Both the position numbers and the translations under genes were made by a program. Positions 1 to 12,600 of a stretch of 64,000 nucleotides of DNA are shown piece by piece; the stretch's first letter is position 1, and every line of letters begins with the position of its first letter. The notes under the pieces were generated by a model, which was not told the origin of the DNA, ran no database searches, and saw only the letters and a program-made list of their open reading frames with translations. Origin of the DNA: Macrostomum hystrix (lineage: Eukaryota > Animalia > Platyhelminthes); NCBI GenBank assembly GCA_950097015.1, contig CATNEN010000041.1, positions 2,108,001 through 2,172,000 on the forward strand. The letters run 5' to 3'.

Positions 1-490
1 ATACAGGATGAGATCAGCTAGAGATCCAGGATGGGATCGGCAAGGGATCCATGATGGGATCAGCCAGCGATCTAGGATGGGATCAGCCAGCGATCCAGGA
101 TGGGATCAGCCAGAAATCCAGGATGAGATCAGCCAGAGATCCAGGATGGGATCGGCCAGGGATCTAGGATGGGATCAGCCAGCGATCCAGGATGGGATCA
201 GCCAGCGATCCAGGATGGGATCGGCCAGGGATCCAGGATGGGATCGGCCAGTGATCTAGGATGGGATCAGTCAGGGGATCCAGGATGTGATCAGCCAGGG
301 ATCTAGGATTGGATCAGTCAGGGGATCCAGGATGGGATCAGCCAGGGATCCAGGATGGGATCAGTCAGGGATCCAGGATGGGATCAGTCAGGGGATCCAG
401 GATGGGATCAGTCAGGGAATCCAGGATGGGATCAGCCAGGGGATTCAGGATGGCATCAGCCAGCGATCCAGGATGGGATCAGTCAGAGGA
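1..490. repeat. GATC-rich minisatellite, ~23-bp unit (CAGCCAGCGATCCAGGATGGGAT), ~21 copies, truncated by window start
   Basis: CAGCCAG recurs at 61 and 84 (period 23); the overlapping ORFs are only repeat translations. Confidence 0.95.
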
Positions 491-646
491 TCTGAAATCG
501 CCATATTATCAGGCTAACAAAAATAAACGCTGGTTACTCCAACCAGTAGTTTTGTCAGTCAAAGTGTGAATGAAACGTCACACGGGTGAAAGATTTAAAA
601 GTACAATTTGCAGCAAACTATGAAATAAACTGCAAAGACACGTCAC

Positions 647-994
647 TTTCCAGCGCGCATTCTGTCGATCTTTTGCAATCTGAATAGCTGGCCCCACTTC
701 ACTCAGGCTGACAGATAAGAGTGCAACTGCCGCGAACTGGTTTCTTAGCGACCCTCTCCCGCCTGTCAAACAGTGCTCAATCACTCGCATTGCACCCAGA
801 TTGGCCCACGATGCCACAAACTCACAGTTTGGATAGCGGTCCGCCAGCTCCGGGCAGGTGTTAGTGCCAGATATTGAGAGGGGCCAGGCCGACTTAGGCA
901 ATAGAAGCAGCAACAGCAGCAGCAGCAGCAATGGCAGCTGCAGCCTCACAGCTGGAGCAGCTGTGGCGGGGCCACTCAAACTGCAGGCGCTCAT
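647..994 (-). CDS. Candidate first coding exon of an unidentified signal-peptide protein (gene continues left of the window)
   Basis: ATG at 994, 8 nt after an acceptor-like TTGTTGCAG. It reads MSACSLSGPATAAPAVRLQLPLLLLLLLLLLPKSAWPLSISGTNTCPELADRYPNC... (hydrophobic core, then a Cys-containing mature part). Possible donor AAA|GTGACG after 647. No family recognised. Confidence 0.45.
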
Positions 995-3542
995 GCCAGA
1001 GCCTGCAACAATGGCAAATTGGTATAACACTGGCTGAGTCTGCAACCCACTGGGGACAAATATTAATGCGACTGAGCGGTCACAGTATGAAAGATGCGAC
1101 CAACCAGATGAAACAGCCAATAGAAAACAGCCAATAAACATTTAGTGAGTGACTAGTCAACGACAACTTACTGATAGCAATAACTTGAGTCTAGTGTCAG
1201 ATCTAAGAATTTTCAATGAGAATAACTAAAGGTTATAAAGATACAAGTAATATGCCCCACTTGGCTGCAATATTAATATAGAAATGGTGCCATATCCCTA
1301 ATATGGAGTCATGGCTTACCCCTCTTAGCTTACTCTTGTGGGGCATGGTGGCTATATTCATAAGCAAGCCACAACCCTAGAAACATAATGGCTCTATTAT
1401 TGAATTGTGGCAGTTATTGCTTAGGGATCATGAAAGGTGGGAAATTGTACTATTAAATGAAGTTTCTGTTTATTTTTAATGTTTATACCTAGTAAATAAA
1501 ATGAGAAGTCAATTCTTTAGTAACCCCCATTGTAATAAATATTGAAAACCTATGGAAATTCATGTTAAACTTAAATGCAAATTATTTTACTATACTTTAG
1601 CATTGCATACATAAAAAATTCTGACATATTCATAAAGTTGTTTGTTGATTCTAGCTTTTTTGTTATTTTCTAGCCTATGACTTGCTGTGCACTTAATTTT
1701 TCTGTAGCAATAGACATGAGTGCAGACATCTGCAGTAATGACAGGCACACTGCATGCTTTGCACACTTTACAAACTCCTTTAGCTTTACAAATGTGCACC
1801 AGATGCTATATGCAAATTGTCAACTTTTTTCTATATGGTCAGTAACCAGCTTGTCCTGATTGGCAGCCATATAAATGTACTTATATATTCAGATCCAACA
1901 TACATGTATCTTCATACATATTTATCCATACATACATGCATTTTACATACAAATTTTTGTCATTGATTGATGACTATAGGTGGTGTATACTATAGCTAGT
2001 CAATATTATACATATTCTGATTTCTTTAAAAGTGCAGGTCTACCATGGCACACACAATTTTATCTAACTTTTGTCTTTATCAATTATTTAAATTATAGTA
2101 CATTCAATAGATAAAGTTTTATAAGTACTGTGCTCCAAGTTCCAACATTATGGACATGGCCTACTAAAGCAATAAATATCCCAAATATAAATAATAAATA
2201 GTTAGCTATAGCAAGCTAGCTATTCCTTTTATCTAGTTCATTGACATTGTCATTTGTCTAGGCAATCAAATATATTTATAGTCTTAATACGAGCTTCAGA
2301 GAAAAAAATTGATGCTTGTATTTTTCTGCTAAAAGGAAATAGCTATTAATCATATTAGTAATGTCATGTTATGGCTATCTTAAAGTTTTGCAGGCTTAAA
2401 TATTTTTTCACTACTTAATACTTGATACTTAATACTCATTAAAATGTTAAACTTTAAATAAAGTACAATTTAAAGAGAAAAAATTAATTAAATATTTGAA
2501 ACTTACAAGATAGTCATATTATTACTTGGCAAAGCTAGCTATATAAAATTTAAATTAAAAAGGTATAGACAACTTCCAATTTTAATGAAGAAATTCATAA
2601 CATTTTATGGTAGGGTATATTTAGACCATGGTATTGTTTCACTAGATATGCAATCTAAATAAATTAGCTATTTAACCAAAAGGCAAAATGTATAAGATTT
2701 ATTCCAATATTCCATTGATAGCAAGGCATTATGGTTATGTGCTAGCCATTACCATGCAGTAAAGTTAGCCGTATTTACCATGCAGTAAAATGTTGTCAAT
2801 GTTAGCAAGGCCCTAGTCTGGCCTGCCACCTAGCCTAAGCCATTATTATGATATATGTTATGTCATTTACTTTAAAAGTGCAATCACACAAAATTAAAAA
2901 AGATGCAGCACTACACAACTAGACTTTTATATGGTGTCTTACATGTCTAAACTAGCTATATATTTTAAACTGAAGTTTATCACCTAAATGTAACCAGTGG
3001 AAGGAAAAGTGGTGTGAAATAGTTAAGTATGCATTGCATTTAATTATAAAATATAATAAGTCAAATAAAAATCAAACGTGAACCTTGAATAGTTAGTATC
3101 TAGTTACATAGTCCGATAGTCTGATCTAGATATTCTTTTAGTGTGGCTCTAGTGTAGACGCCAAGAAAAAATTAAGCACATTGAAGCAAGACAAATTTGG
3201 GAGCAAATCTAGTAACGACATTTATTTTAAGTTGTGTGGATTAAGCGCAGGTTAGTAAAAGTACAATTTTCTAAATAAGATTCAGCAACATTGCATAAAA
3301 TTGTCATTAAAATTGTACTTTATCCACTCACTTTTTGTTATTTTCTCTTTCTTCATATGAACTCTTCATTTGTGCACGATTTTAAAGCAACTGCTGCATT
3401 TAGCGAAAAAAAAGTCATTGAACAAAATTGCATCTATTGCACTACGATAGGACTGAATTACATTAGTTACTCTTCGATCAGCTTCTTTGCTCTGCATCAA
3501 ATGCTAGCCTTATAAAACCTGATTACAATATACCATTCCACA

Positions 3543-3600
3543 ATGGAGCTTCTGGTAAAGCTTCTTTGTCTACTTTTCGTTTTATTTCCCAGCTTATTTG
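3543..3600 (+). CDS. LAMA1/2: Laminin alpha exon 1 (signal peptide MELLVKLLCLLFVLFPSLF)
   Basis: ATG, hydrophobic peptide, G|GTAAGT phase-1 donor. Confidence 0.8.
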
Positions 3601-6600
3601 GTAAGTTAGTTTTTTTATTTTAATATTTCACATTTTTTTAGTTTAAAATACGAGAACAAATAAATTTCACTTCAAACAATCTATCATGCACATGGCTTAT
3701 ACTAAAAATGGGCAAGTGTTTTTTATGGACAAGCACATTGTCCTTCGTGTTTTTATGGGTGCGTATATTAATTTATATTATGTTGGTCATCTTTGCAGCA
3801 ATTGAACATGCTTTAAAGTACAAAACAAAAAGGCTTGTTTAAGCAGAGCTGATTGGCTTTATTAGATTTATCAAACGACCTATGCATACGTTTAAAGCCA
3901 AGAGCAAAACACAAGAAGCACATTATGCGATTGTTTATAATCCATACCATTTTTCTTCGATGCATGCAGGTTCTTAACATAATTAAGAATTTCGTATTTA
4001 ACTCTTTTCTATGATGCTTTAACTACTCTTTTTTGCATCGAAATACATCACGTTTCAATCCTTTTTACAGCAGTCTCAAGCCTGGATGCGTCATCGTTTG
4101 AAAGCGTCGACATTTCCAATCTGGCAAAGGGCAAGCTGATAGAAGCTAATGCCACCTGCGGCGAGGGTCTTCCGGAGGGCGAACAATACTGCAGGCTTGC
4201 TAACCACGTCCGTGGCATATCACAGGGAGAAACCCACTGCAAAACCTGCCGAGAAAACGATCACAAGGCCTATCTAGTGATCGATCCGGATGAGCAAGAC
4301 ACCTGGTGGCAGAGCCCATCCCTAGCTAGAGGATCGCAGTTCCATTACGTGACGCTAACGCTTGACCTGAAGCAGGTCTATCGCGTCTCATACATTTCCA
4401 TTAAGTCCGCCTTCAGCCCTCTGCCCGGCAACTGGATCCTGGAGCGCTCCATTGATGGCGCCACATTCACCCCGTGGATGTACTTTGTCCTGGACGCCAA
4501 GTACTGCAGGGAAGCCTACGGCATGCGGCACGTGGACCAGCGGACCTACAGGTTCACCGAGGACGATGAGGTGATCTGCACCAGCGCCTACGACAAGGCC
4601 AGCGACGGCAAGATTGAAACGGCCGAGCTGAATGTGCCGCTGTCCAAAAACCGGCCCGGCAGCATTCAGAGGCCCGGCGAAGATACCGCGGCATTCATCT
4701 CGAGGAGCAATATTCTGACCGTGAGAGGCTGGGTGGTTGCGGCTAAACTTTCCGGGTGACGAGAATCGGCGAATTGCGCGATAAAGCGAAAATTCTCGAG
4801 CCCTCGTTGATCATTGCGGCTGAAGCTACTTCCCAAGTCAATTAGAGGCCCATAAACTAATTTGCGAGATGCGTATTTCCATGCACAGGAATTCTGAAAA
4901 AGAATGAATTTGGTTTTTTCAATACTGGTTGAAAGTGGCAGCGTGCATCGACCGCCTTGCAGACTTAGCGGGGCGGGAGGAGATAAGGAACTGCGGAGAG
5001 TCCCAATCTAGATCGCAAAGTATCCGAATAATCTGGACTGAGTTTCGCAGCACACTTCAGTGTATCCGCGCAGCCAGGCTTAACTGGCCGCCAACCCCAT
5101 ACCCGGCCTCCCATTTCAGCAATTCACCATCGCGCGCTACATTCGATTCAGGTTCCAGAAAATTGCGACATTTTATGGCGACAAGATGATTGCCGCAACT
5201 GCTGGCGAGGACTACGGCAAGACGGAGGCGGACGCCACCACGCTGAACCGGGTCAGTGGCCGCTCCCTAGGGATTAAGATTGCTTCAATCTCCCAATTGC
5301 TACCTGGGGGCACTGTCTCGGCGCAAGTTAGCACGGGGGGGGGGCTGCGTGGCATTTTTGGGCTTCGATCCGAGCCGCCGAGAGCCAGGTCAGGGAGGTT
5401 GCAGAGGGCAGCCCGGCCTAGGCGAGCCGGCGATAAGGCGCGGTGGGGCGGCCCCCTCCCCCGGATCCGCGCCGCATCGCGCGGAATGCCTGGGCTCGCA
5501 AATTCTTCTTTCTCTGAAAGACAGCCGGCAACAGCAGCCATTCTCCGGACCAAATCCTGTTGCGAGATTTATTGACGCGTGATGAGCAACTCCCTAAATG
5601 CTCCCTGCTTCTGAAACGCCCCCGCACCCGCCCTCTCGCTTCAGCTGTACTACTCCATCAAGAACATCGAAGTCGGCGGCTCGTGCGTCTGCTTCGGCCA
5701 CTCCAACCGATGCCCGTGGATCAAGGACGAGAACAAGGTGAAGTGCGAGTGCTCGCACAACACCGAGGGCGACTCGTGCGAGCGCTGCGAGCCGATGTTC
5801 AACCAGCTGAGGTGGCAGGCCGGCAAGCCGTGCGTCCGCTGCCAGTGCCACGGCAAGGCAGACAGTTGCGTCTTCAACCAGACTGTGGCCAACGAGGCCG
5901 GCAGCAAGGACTTCGAGGGCAAGCACCTCGGCGGCGGTGTCTGCCAGAACTGCCGCGCCAACACCACCGGCGTGAACTGCGAGCTCTGTTTGCCCGGCTT
6001 CTATCGGGTCGCCTCGCCCTTCGCCGACCGGCCCTGCATGCCGTGCAGCTGCGACAGCGAGACCACGGAGCAGTGCCACCAGGAGTCGGTGCCGGAGCGG
6101 AACATCACGGCCGGCGAGTGCAAGTGCCGGGCCGGCTTCACCGGCGAGAACTGCGCGGCCTGCGCCCTCGGCTACCAGCGCGTCCGGGGCCAGTGCGTGC
6201 CGTGCCCCTGCTCACTGGCCGGCAGTGAGCCAGGCAGAGCCTACAGCTGCAACCCGCCCTGCAACTGCAAGGTGGGCATATTTAGGGATTCGATTAACAA
6301 TGCTTAAACATCTGCTTCACTTCAGTTAGTATCCCTGTATCGGTCTCGTCGCTGACTCATTGAATCGCCTACGCAGCATTGCCGTCATTGCTGATGCCAA
6401 ATGTATTGCTAGTACTCCAGCCAGCATCACCGCGCATGCTGTGCATCGCGTCTGACCTCTAACACGCTCTTATTCCCACTTACACTGCCCGGTGCGAACA
6501 GCCCCCGCAAATGTGCTGGCTTCCCCACTGCCAGTCAAGCCGCTACTTAGCGCCCTGCCGCTGCAGCCCACGAGGTCGCACCGTAGTGACCTGGCCAACA

Positions 6601-9600
6601 CTCACCCCAGACCGTCTTCGTCTTACTTTGTCCCAGACTTCTCCTTGCCATCTCTGGCACCATTTTGGGATTAGTAAATTAGGGGAGGAACAAAACGCTG
6701 GCGGACTGAAAATAGAGACAAGCCTGGTGAGTGGACCTCGGAGTGGCGACTGATAAAGTCGCAACCGTGCACACTGCGGGCTGAAGCGGTTAAGAGGCAC
6801 CGGTTTTTAAAGCGGATCCTGCACCCGCACTGTCCCTGCGGCCCGCAGCCGCTTTGATAGTCTTTCCCCAGCCCCCTCTCCCGCCTCCCCTCTACCAGTC
6901 AAGATGCCGATGCAAGATTCTGGGCGACATCTCCCTGTCGCCGCAGACCTTTTTAGGAGCGCCCACCCCGGTGCTTGCGCGCCACAGAGCGCACACGTGG
7001 CTGGTGACAGGGCAACCTGCCTACCTGCCTGCTGCGGGGGGGCTCCGGGACTCTGAGTCACGCGCCAGCAGTGACAGAAAGCTGGCGGACCTCCCAGACC
7101 GCTGCGGGCAGCGGCGGGGAGGCCTTAATTGGGCGGCCCAAAGTAGAAAATCTGGTAACGCGTCGGTGAGTGAACCGCAGCCGCTTCCTCATTACGTAAC
7201 TTACGGAGCCCGCTATTGCTGCTTTTGAAGCATTTGTTTCGCGCGCCAGCAAAAGCAGACGTTCCGCTTCATTTATTTCTAAGGAAGAATTCGGAGTGCA
7301 TGTGTGTGTGCGTGTTTCTGGGCGGCATGGCAACCAGCTGCGCAGCTTCCCGCCGCCGGTGCCCCAATCGCTTTTTGTAGCGAATTTCTCGGTAAAAGGA
7401 ACCGTATTCTCCGTATTTCGGTATCAAGGAGTCAGAAGGCGAGGAGGGAGCGGAGGGCTGGATGGCTGTGGCTAATGGGTACAAGCAAAGCGTCATTCAT
7501 TCCCGCAAACTTCCTGGGAAACTAGCGCTTTAATTGCATCCCCTCCATAAGAAGCACGGCTTTTGTTAGTCAATAATCTGCCACTAACAATTGCTTTCTG
7601 GATAATGTCTGCTTGCCAGGCCATCCGCTGCCTGACTCTGAAACAGCCGCTGACTCACTCTGAACCATCCGCTGACTCACCCTGAACCATCCACTGACTC
7701 ACTCTGAACCATCCGCTGACTCACTCTGAACCAGCCGCTGCCTGACTCTGAACCATCCGCTGACTCACTCTGAACCATCCACTGACTCACCCTGAACCAG
7801 CCGCTGACTCACTCTGAACGAGCCGCTGACTCACTCTGAACGAGCCGCTGACTCACTCTGAACGAGCCGCTGACTCACTCTGAACCAGCCGCTGACTCAC
7901 TCTGAACGAGCCGCTGACTCACTCTGAACCATCCACTGACTCACTCTGAACCATTCGCTGCCTGACTCTGAACGAGCCGCTGACTCACTCTGAACGAGCC
8001 GCTGACTCACTCTGAACCAGCCGCTGACTCACTCTGAACGAGCCGCTGACTCACTCTGAACGAGCCGCCCTCCCACCATCCCGCAGGCCAAGGTGGAGCG
8101 CCTCGGCACCTGCGACCGGTGCATGCGTGGCTTCTACAACCTGCAGGCGGCCAACCCACAGGGCTGCAGTCCCTGCTTCTGCTTCGGAGTCGATGCTGAC
8201 TGCAGCTCCGCCCGCGGCGTCATCTCATCATTCAGCAAGGCGCAGAACTGGATCATCCAGACGACCAACGGCAGCACCTACACGCCGCACAGGAGCAACT
8301 TCGACTACCCGGTGGTTGACCAGGAGTACATGGCGCTGAAACTGCCCGGCCTGACCATTGATCAGACCTATTACTGGCGAGCACCTGAAGAGTACCTTCG
8401 AGACCTCCACACAGCCTATGGTGGCGAGATTGTCCTTGTCATTGGCTTCGAGGACACGTCCGCTGAGCCAATCTTTGTTCCCGACCAGCCGCTCGTGCGG
8501 ATCGAGTCCAGCCTTCCCGGCGGCGCCTCTCTCACCTACTATGTGAGCCTGTCGCAGACTCTGCGATCGGACGGTCAGTCGGCGATCCTGCGGCTGCCCC
8601 TGGTGGCCAGCGACCCCAATGGACCGCGGATTCCGGAGAACGGGCACTGGATGAGCGAACGGGGCTTGATGGTGCGTTAGGCCTCACTAAGCCCCAAATT
8701 TCTTGATGTGTCGAAATAACGACTGTCTCATGACTTGCCCGCCCTCTCACCTATCGCTCAGGCAACCGAAGCCGAGCTGCGGTCCCGCCTGGTGACGGCC
8801 ACTAGCGTACAGGTGCTGGCCAAGTACAGCGTGCACCAGAAGCGGGCGGAGCTGCGCCAGCTGGGCATCCCGGTGCTGCTGGCGGACCCATCGGCTCCGG
8901 AGAGCACGCGGGTTGAGAATTGCACCTGCCGTGGCGTCGGCTATTCGGGCCTGTCCTGCGAGGCCTGCCAGCCAGGTTTCCGGCGGGTTGCCAACCAGTT
9001 GCTTGGTGGTTTCTGCGCCAGGTGCGACTGCAATGGTCAAAGTGACGCGTGCGACGCATTCACCGGCGCCTGCATCGGCTGCTCCAACAACACCGAGGGC
9101 GAGCGCTGCGAGCGCTGTCGGCCCGGTTTCTATGGCAACCCCCCCGCCGGCGTGCCCTGCCGACGCTGCGAGTGTCCGAGCTCGGAGTGGCAGTTTGCCA
9201 GCACCTGCCAGCTCAGCCAGGCGAACCGCGACAGCTTCGTCTGCGAGAACTGCGCGCCCGGCCACATGGGCGACCGCTGCGAAAAGTGCCGGTTTGGTTT
9301 CTATGGCAACCCGATCGCGGGCATCGCCTGCCGGCCCTGCAACTGCAGCGGCAATTCGGCACCCGGAGTTCTGGACGCCTGCGACACATTGACCGGGCAG
9401 TGCAAGGCCTGCAGCTTCAACTCCACTGGCAGGCATTGCGAGGCCTGCCAGCCGGGCTTCTATGGCCGAGCGGCTGACCGCGGCTGTCAACCCTGCGGCT
9501 GCTTCGGGCCCGGCTCCCAGGATGCTGACTGCCATCCCAGCACCGGGATTTGCAGGTGTGCTGGGCTTTTGGCTTCTGTTGGAGTCCAACCACAGTTTGG

Positions 9601-12600
9601 GACCCCAGTCCCATCAGTTTCACTGACAAACCCCAGTCCTTCCCTGCTAAACAGTCCAGTACTTCCCTGCTAAACAGTCCAGTACTTCCCTGCTAAACAG
9701 TCCAGCCCTTTCCTGCTAAACAGTCCAGCCCTTCCCTGCTAAACAGTCCAGTCCTTCCCTGCTAAGCAGTCCAGTACTTCCCTGCTAAACAGTCCAGTCC
9801 TTCCCTGCTAAACAGTCCAGCCCTTCCCTGCTAAACAGTCCAGTACTTCCCTGCTAAACAGTCCAGTACTTCCCTGCTAAACAGTCCAGTACTTCCCTGC
9901 TAAACAGTCCAGTACTTCCCTGCTAAACAGTCCAGCCCTTTCCTGCTAAACAGTCCAGCCCTTCCCTGCTAAACAGTCCAGTCCTTCCCTGCTAAGCAGT
10001 CCAGTACTTCCCTGCTAAACAGTCCAGCCCTTCCCTGCTAAACAGTCCAGCCCTTCCCTGCTAAACAGTCCAGCCCTTTCCTGCTAAACAGTCCAGCCCT
10101 TCCCTGCTAAACAGTCCAGTCCTTTCCTGCTAAACAGTCCAGCCCTTCCCTGCTAAGCAGTCCAGCCCTTCAGTCCTGTCTGCTAGGCCAGGTGCGGCTG
10201 CCTAGTCAGGCAGGTGTAGTACAAGCCGGTGAAGTCTAAAATTAGCCGAGCCGGGGGACTAACAAGTGGGGGTTGCTGTCTTGGTTAGCAGGTAAAAGTG
10301 CCAGCAGCTGATTATTAGTTATTGAAGGAGCCGGACCCTGGGACCCAGACGCAGAGAGCGAAACAGAATTCCACAACAATGCAGTCCCCTCTGTGCTAAG
10401 ATTCCGCTGCATCTGCATCTGATTTCTGCCAGTCCCGAATGCACCCCGCAATATCCCGGATGCTGCTAACCCAGCAGTCAAGACAGCGGCCGGCCGGCTG
10501 CGGACCTGCGGATCGCCAACGAAAGAAAACGAGGGGCAGATTTGGGCGATTTCACTCGCTCGCCGATCCCTCCTCAACCCCCTAATTAATTACCCCACCG
10601 AAGAAAGAAAGGAAGAAGCAGAGTGGGAGGTGGACGGAAGCCACCGTGCGCTGCCGACACAGCCTCAGTGCGGGCGGATCCCGCCGCGGCCAAGTTTTCC
10701 CACCTGGCGGCGCAAAGCTATGAAAAACTGCCCCGCGTCCGGGATGAAATGGATCGACATTCACCCCCCCCCCCCCCTAGTGAATGAACTGAGCGAATAA
10801 CTGCTGCCCGGCGGCTTTGGGTGTTCTGAACAGACAGGGAGAACTCTTATGCGAAACCCTGCCTTTTGATGGCCCTGCTGAACCCTCCCTTCAAAACCCG
10901 CCCTGCTGAACCCTCCCTTCAAAACCCGCCCTGCTGAACCCTCCCTTCAAAACCCGCCCTGCTGAACCCACCCTTCAAAACCCGCCCTGCTGAACCCTCC
11001 CTTCAAAACCCACCCTGCTGAACCCACCCTTCAAAACCCGCCCTGCTGAACCCTCCCTTCAAAACCCGCCCTGCTGAACCCACCCTTCAAAACCCGCCCT
11101 GCTCAACCCTCCCTTCAAAACCCGCCCTGCTCAACCCTCCCTTCAAAACCCGCCCTGCTGAACCCACCCTTCAAAACCCGCCCTGCTGAACCCTCCCTTC
11201 AAAACCCGCCCTGCTCAACCCTCCCTTCAAAACCCGCCCTGCTGAACCCACCCTTCAAAACCCGCCCTGCTGAACCCTCCCTTCAAAACCCGCCCTGCTG
11301 AACCCACCCTTCAAAACCCGCCCTGCTGAACCCTCCCTTCAAAACCCGCCCTGCTCAACCCTCCCTTCAAAACCCGCCCTGCTCAACCCTCCCTTCAAAA
11401 CCCGCCCTGCTGAACCCACCCTTCAAAACCCGCCCTGCTGAACCCACCCTTCAAAACCCGCCCTGCTGAACCCTCCCTTCAAAACCCGCCCTGCTGAACC
11501 CTCCCTTCAAAACCCGCACTGCTGAACCCACCCTTCAAAACCCGCCCTGCTCAACCCTCCCTTCAAAACCCGCACTGCTGAACCCTCTCTTCATAACCCG
11601 CCCTGCTGAACCCTCCCTTCAAAACCCGCACTGCTGAACCCCCTCTTCATAACCCGCCCTGCTGAACCCTCCCTTCATAACCCACCCTGCTAAACTCTTT
11701 CTTAGGGGTTCGGTGGCAGAGCGGTTAACGCGTTTGCCACTCGCACCACAGTCCCTAGGTTCGATTCCACGGCGAGGCCACATTTATTTGGGGCGCAGCC
11801 GCGGAGAGAAGGCTTGGGGGCTTGTCGTGCAATTTACGCCCTTGAGGGCCAACCTCCAAGGCACAGTTCGAGTGCACACTGCCTGACGATGAGAAAGTCA
11901 GGGCAGATGTACACACCTGTGTGAGCGTATGCCTGCGTACGGTATCTGTGTGCGTGTGTGCTCAGGAGTCAGCGAAATGGGCAGAATTGCCTCCTCGCTG
12001 GCTGCGGGTCAAGTGTCACCAAACTATGTGTCATTGCCCGCAGCCCTCCTGCAATTATTATTAAACTCTTTCTTCAAAACCTGCACTAAAAAAACAACCT
12101 AAAAACCCCAACAAAGCCCGCTCCACACAACTGTTACCCCAACCCGCCGCAGATGCCTCCCCAATTTCGTTGGGGCCAAGTGCGGCGCCTGCCAGGCGGG
12201 ACGCGGCAACCTGACCGCAGGCTGCCCGCCCTGCCGCTGCCACCCGGCCGGCAGCAAAAGCTCGCAGTGCGACCCGCTGACGGGGCTGTGCGCCTGCCTG
12301 CCCGGAGTGGCCCCGCCGCACTGTGAGGCCTGCCAGCCCAACCACCACAGCATGCAGGAATCCGTCGGCTGCTACAAGTGCGACTGCAGCGTCAACGGCA
12401 TTTTGCCCTGCGACCAGAAGACCGGAGCCTGCATCTGCGGCCCCCGCCAGCAGGGCAGGAACTGCGACTGCAAGCCCGGCCACTTCTGGAACGCCGAGCG
12501 GACCGACTGTCTGCCCTGCGCCTGCAGCTCCGTTGGCAGCTATGGAGGCGAGAGCTGCAACCTGCTCACCGGCCAGTGCAGCTGCAAGCCCGGCGTGGGC

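Noticed and set aside
8-569. Short repetitive ORFs
   Set aside because: Minisatellite translations
5594-9629. Antisense and alternative-frame ORFs over laminin exons (similar cases over RING-RRM and dlg exons)
   Set aside because: Shadow ORFs of GC-rich coding sequence with no recognisable domains
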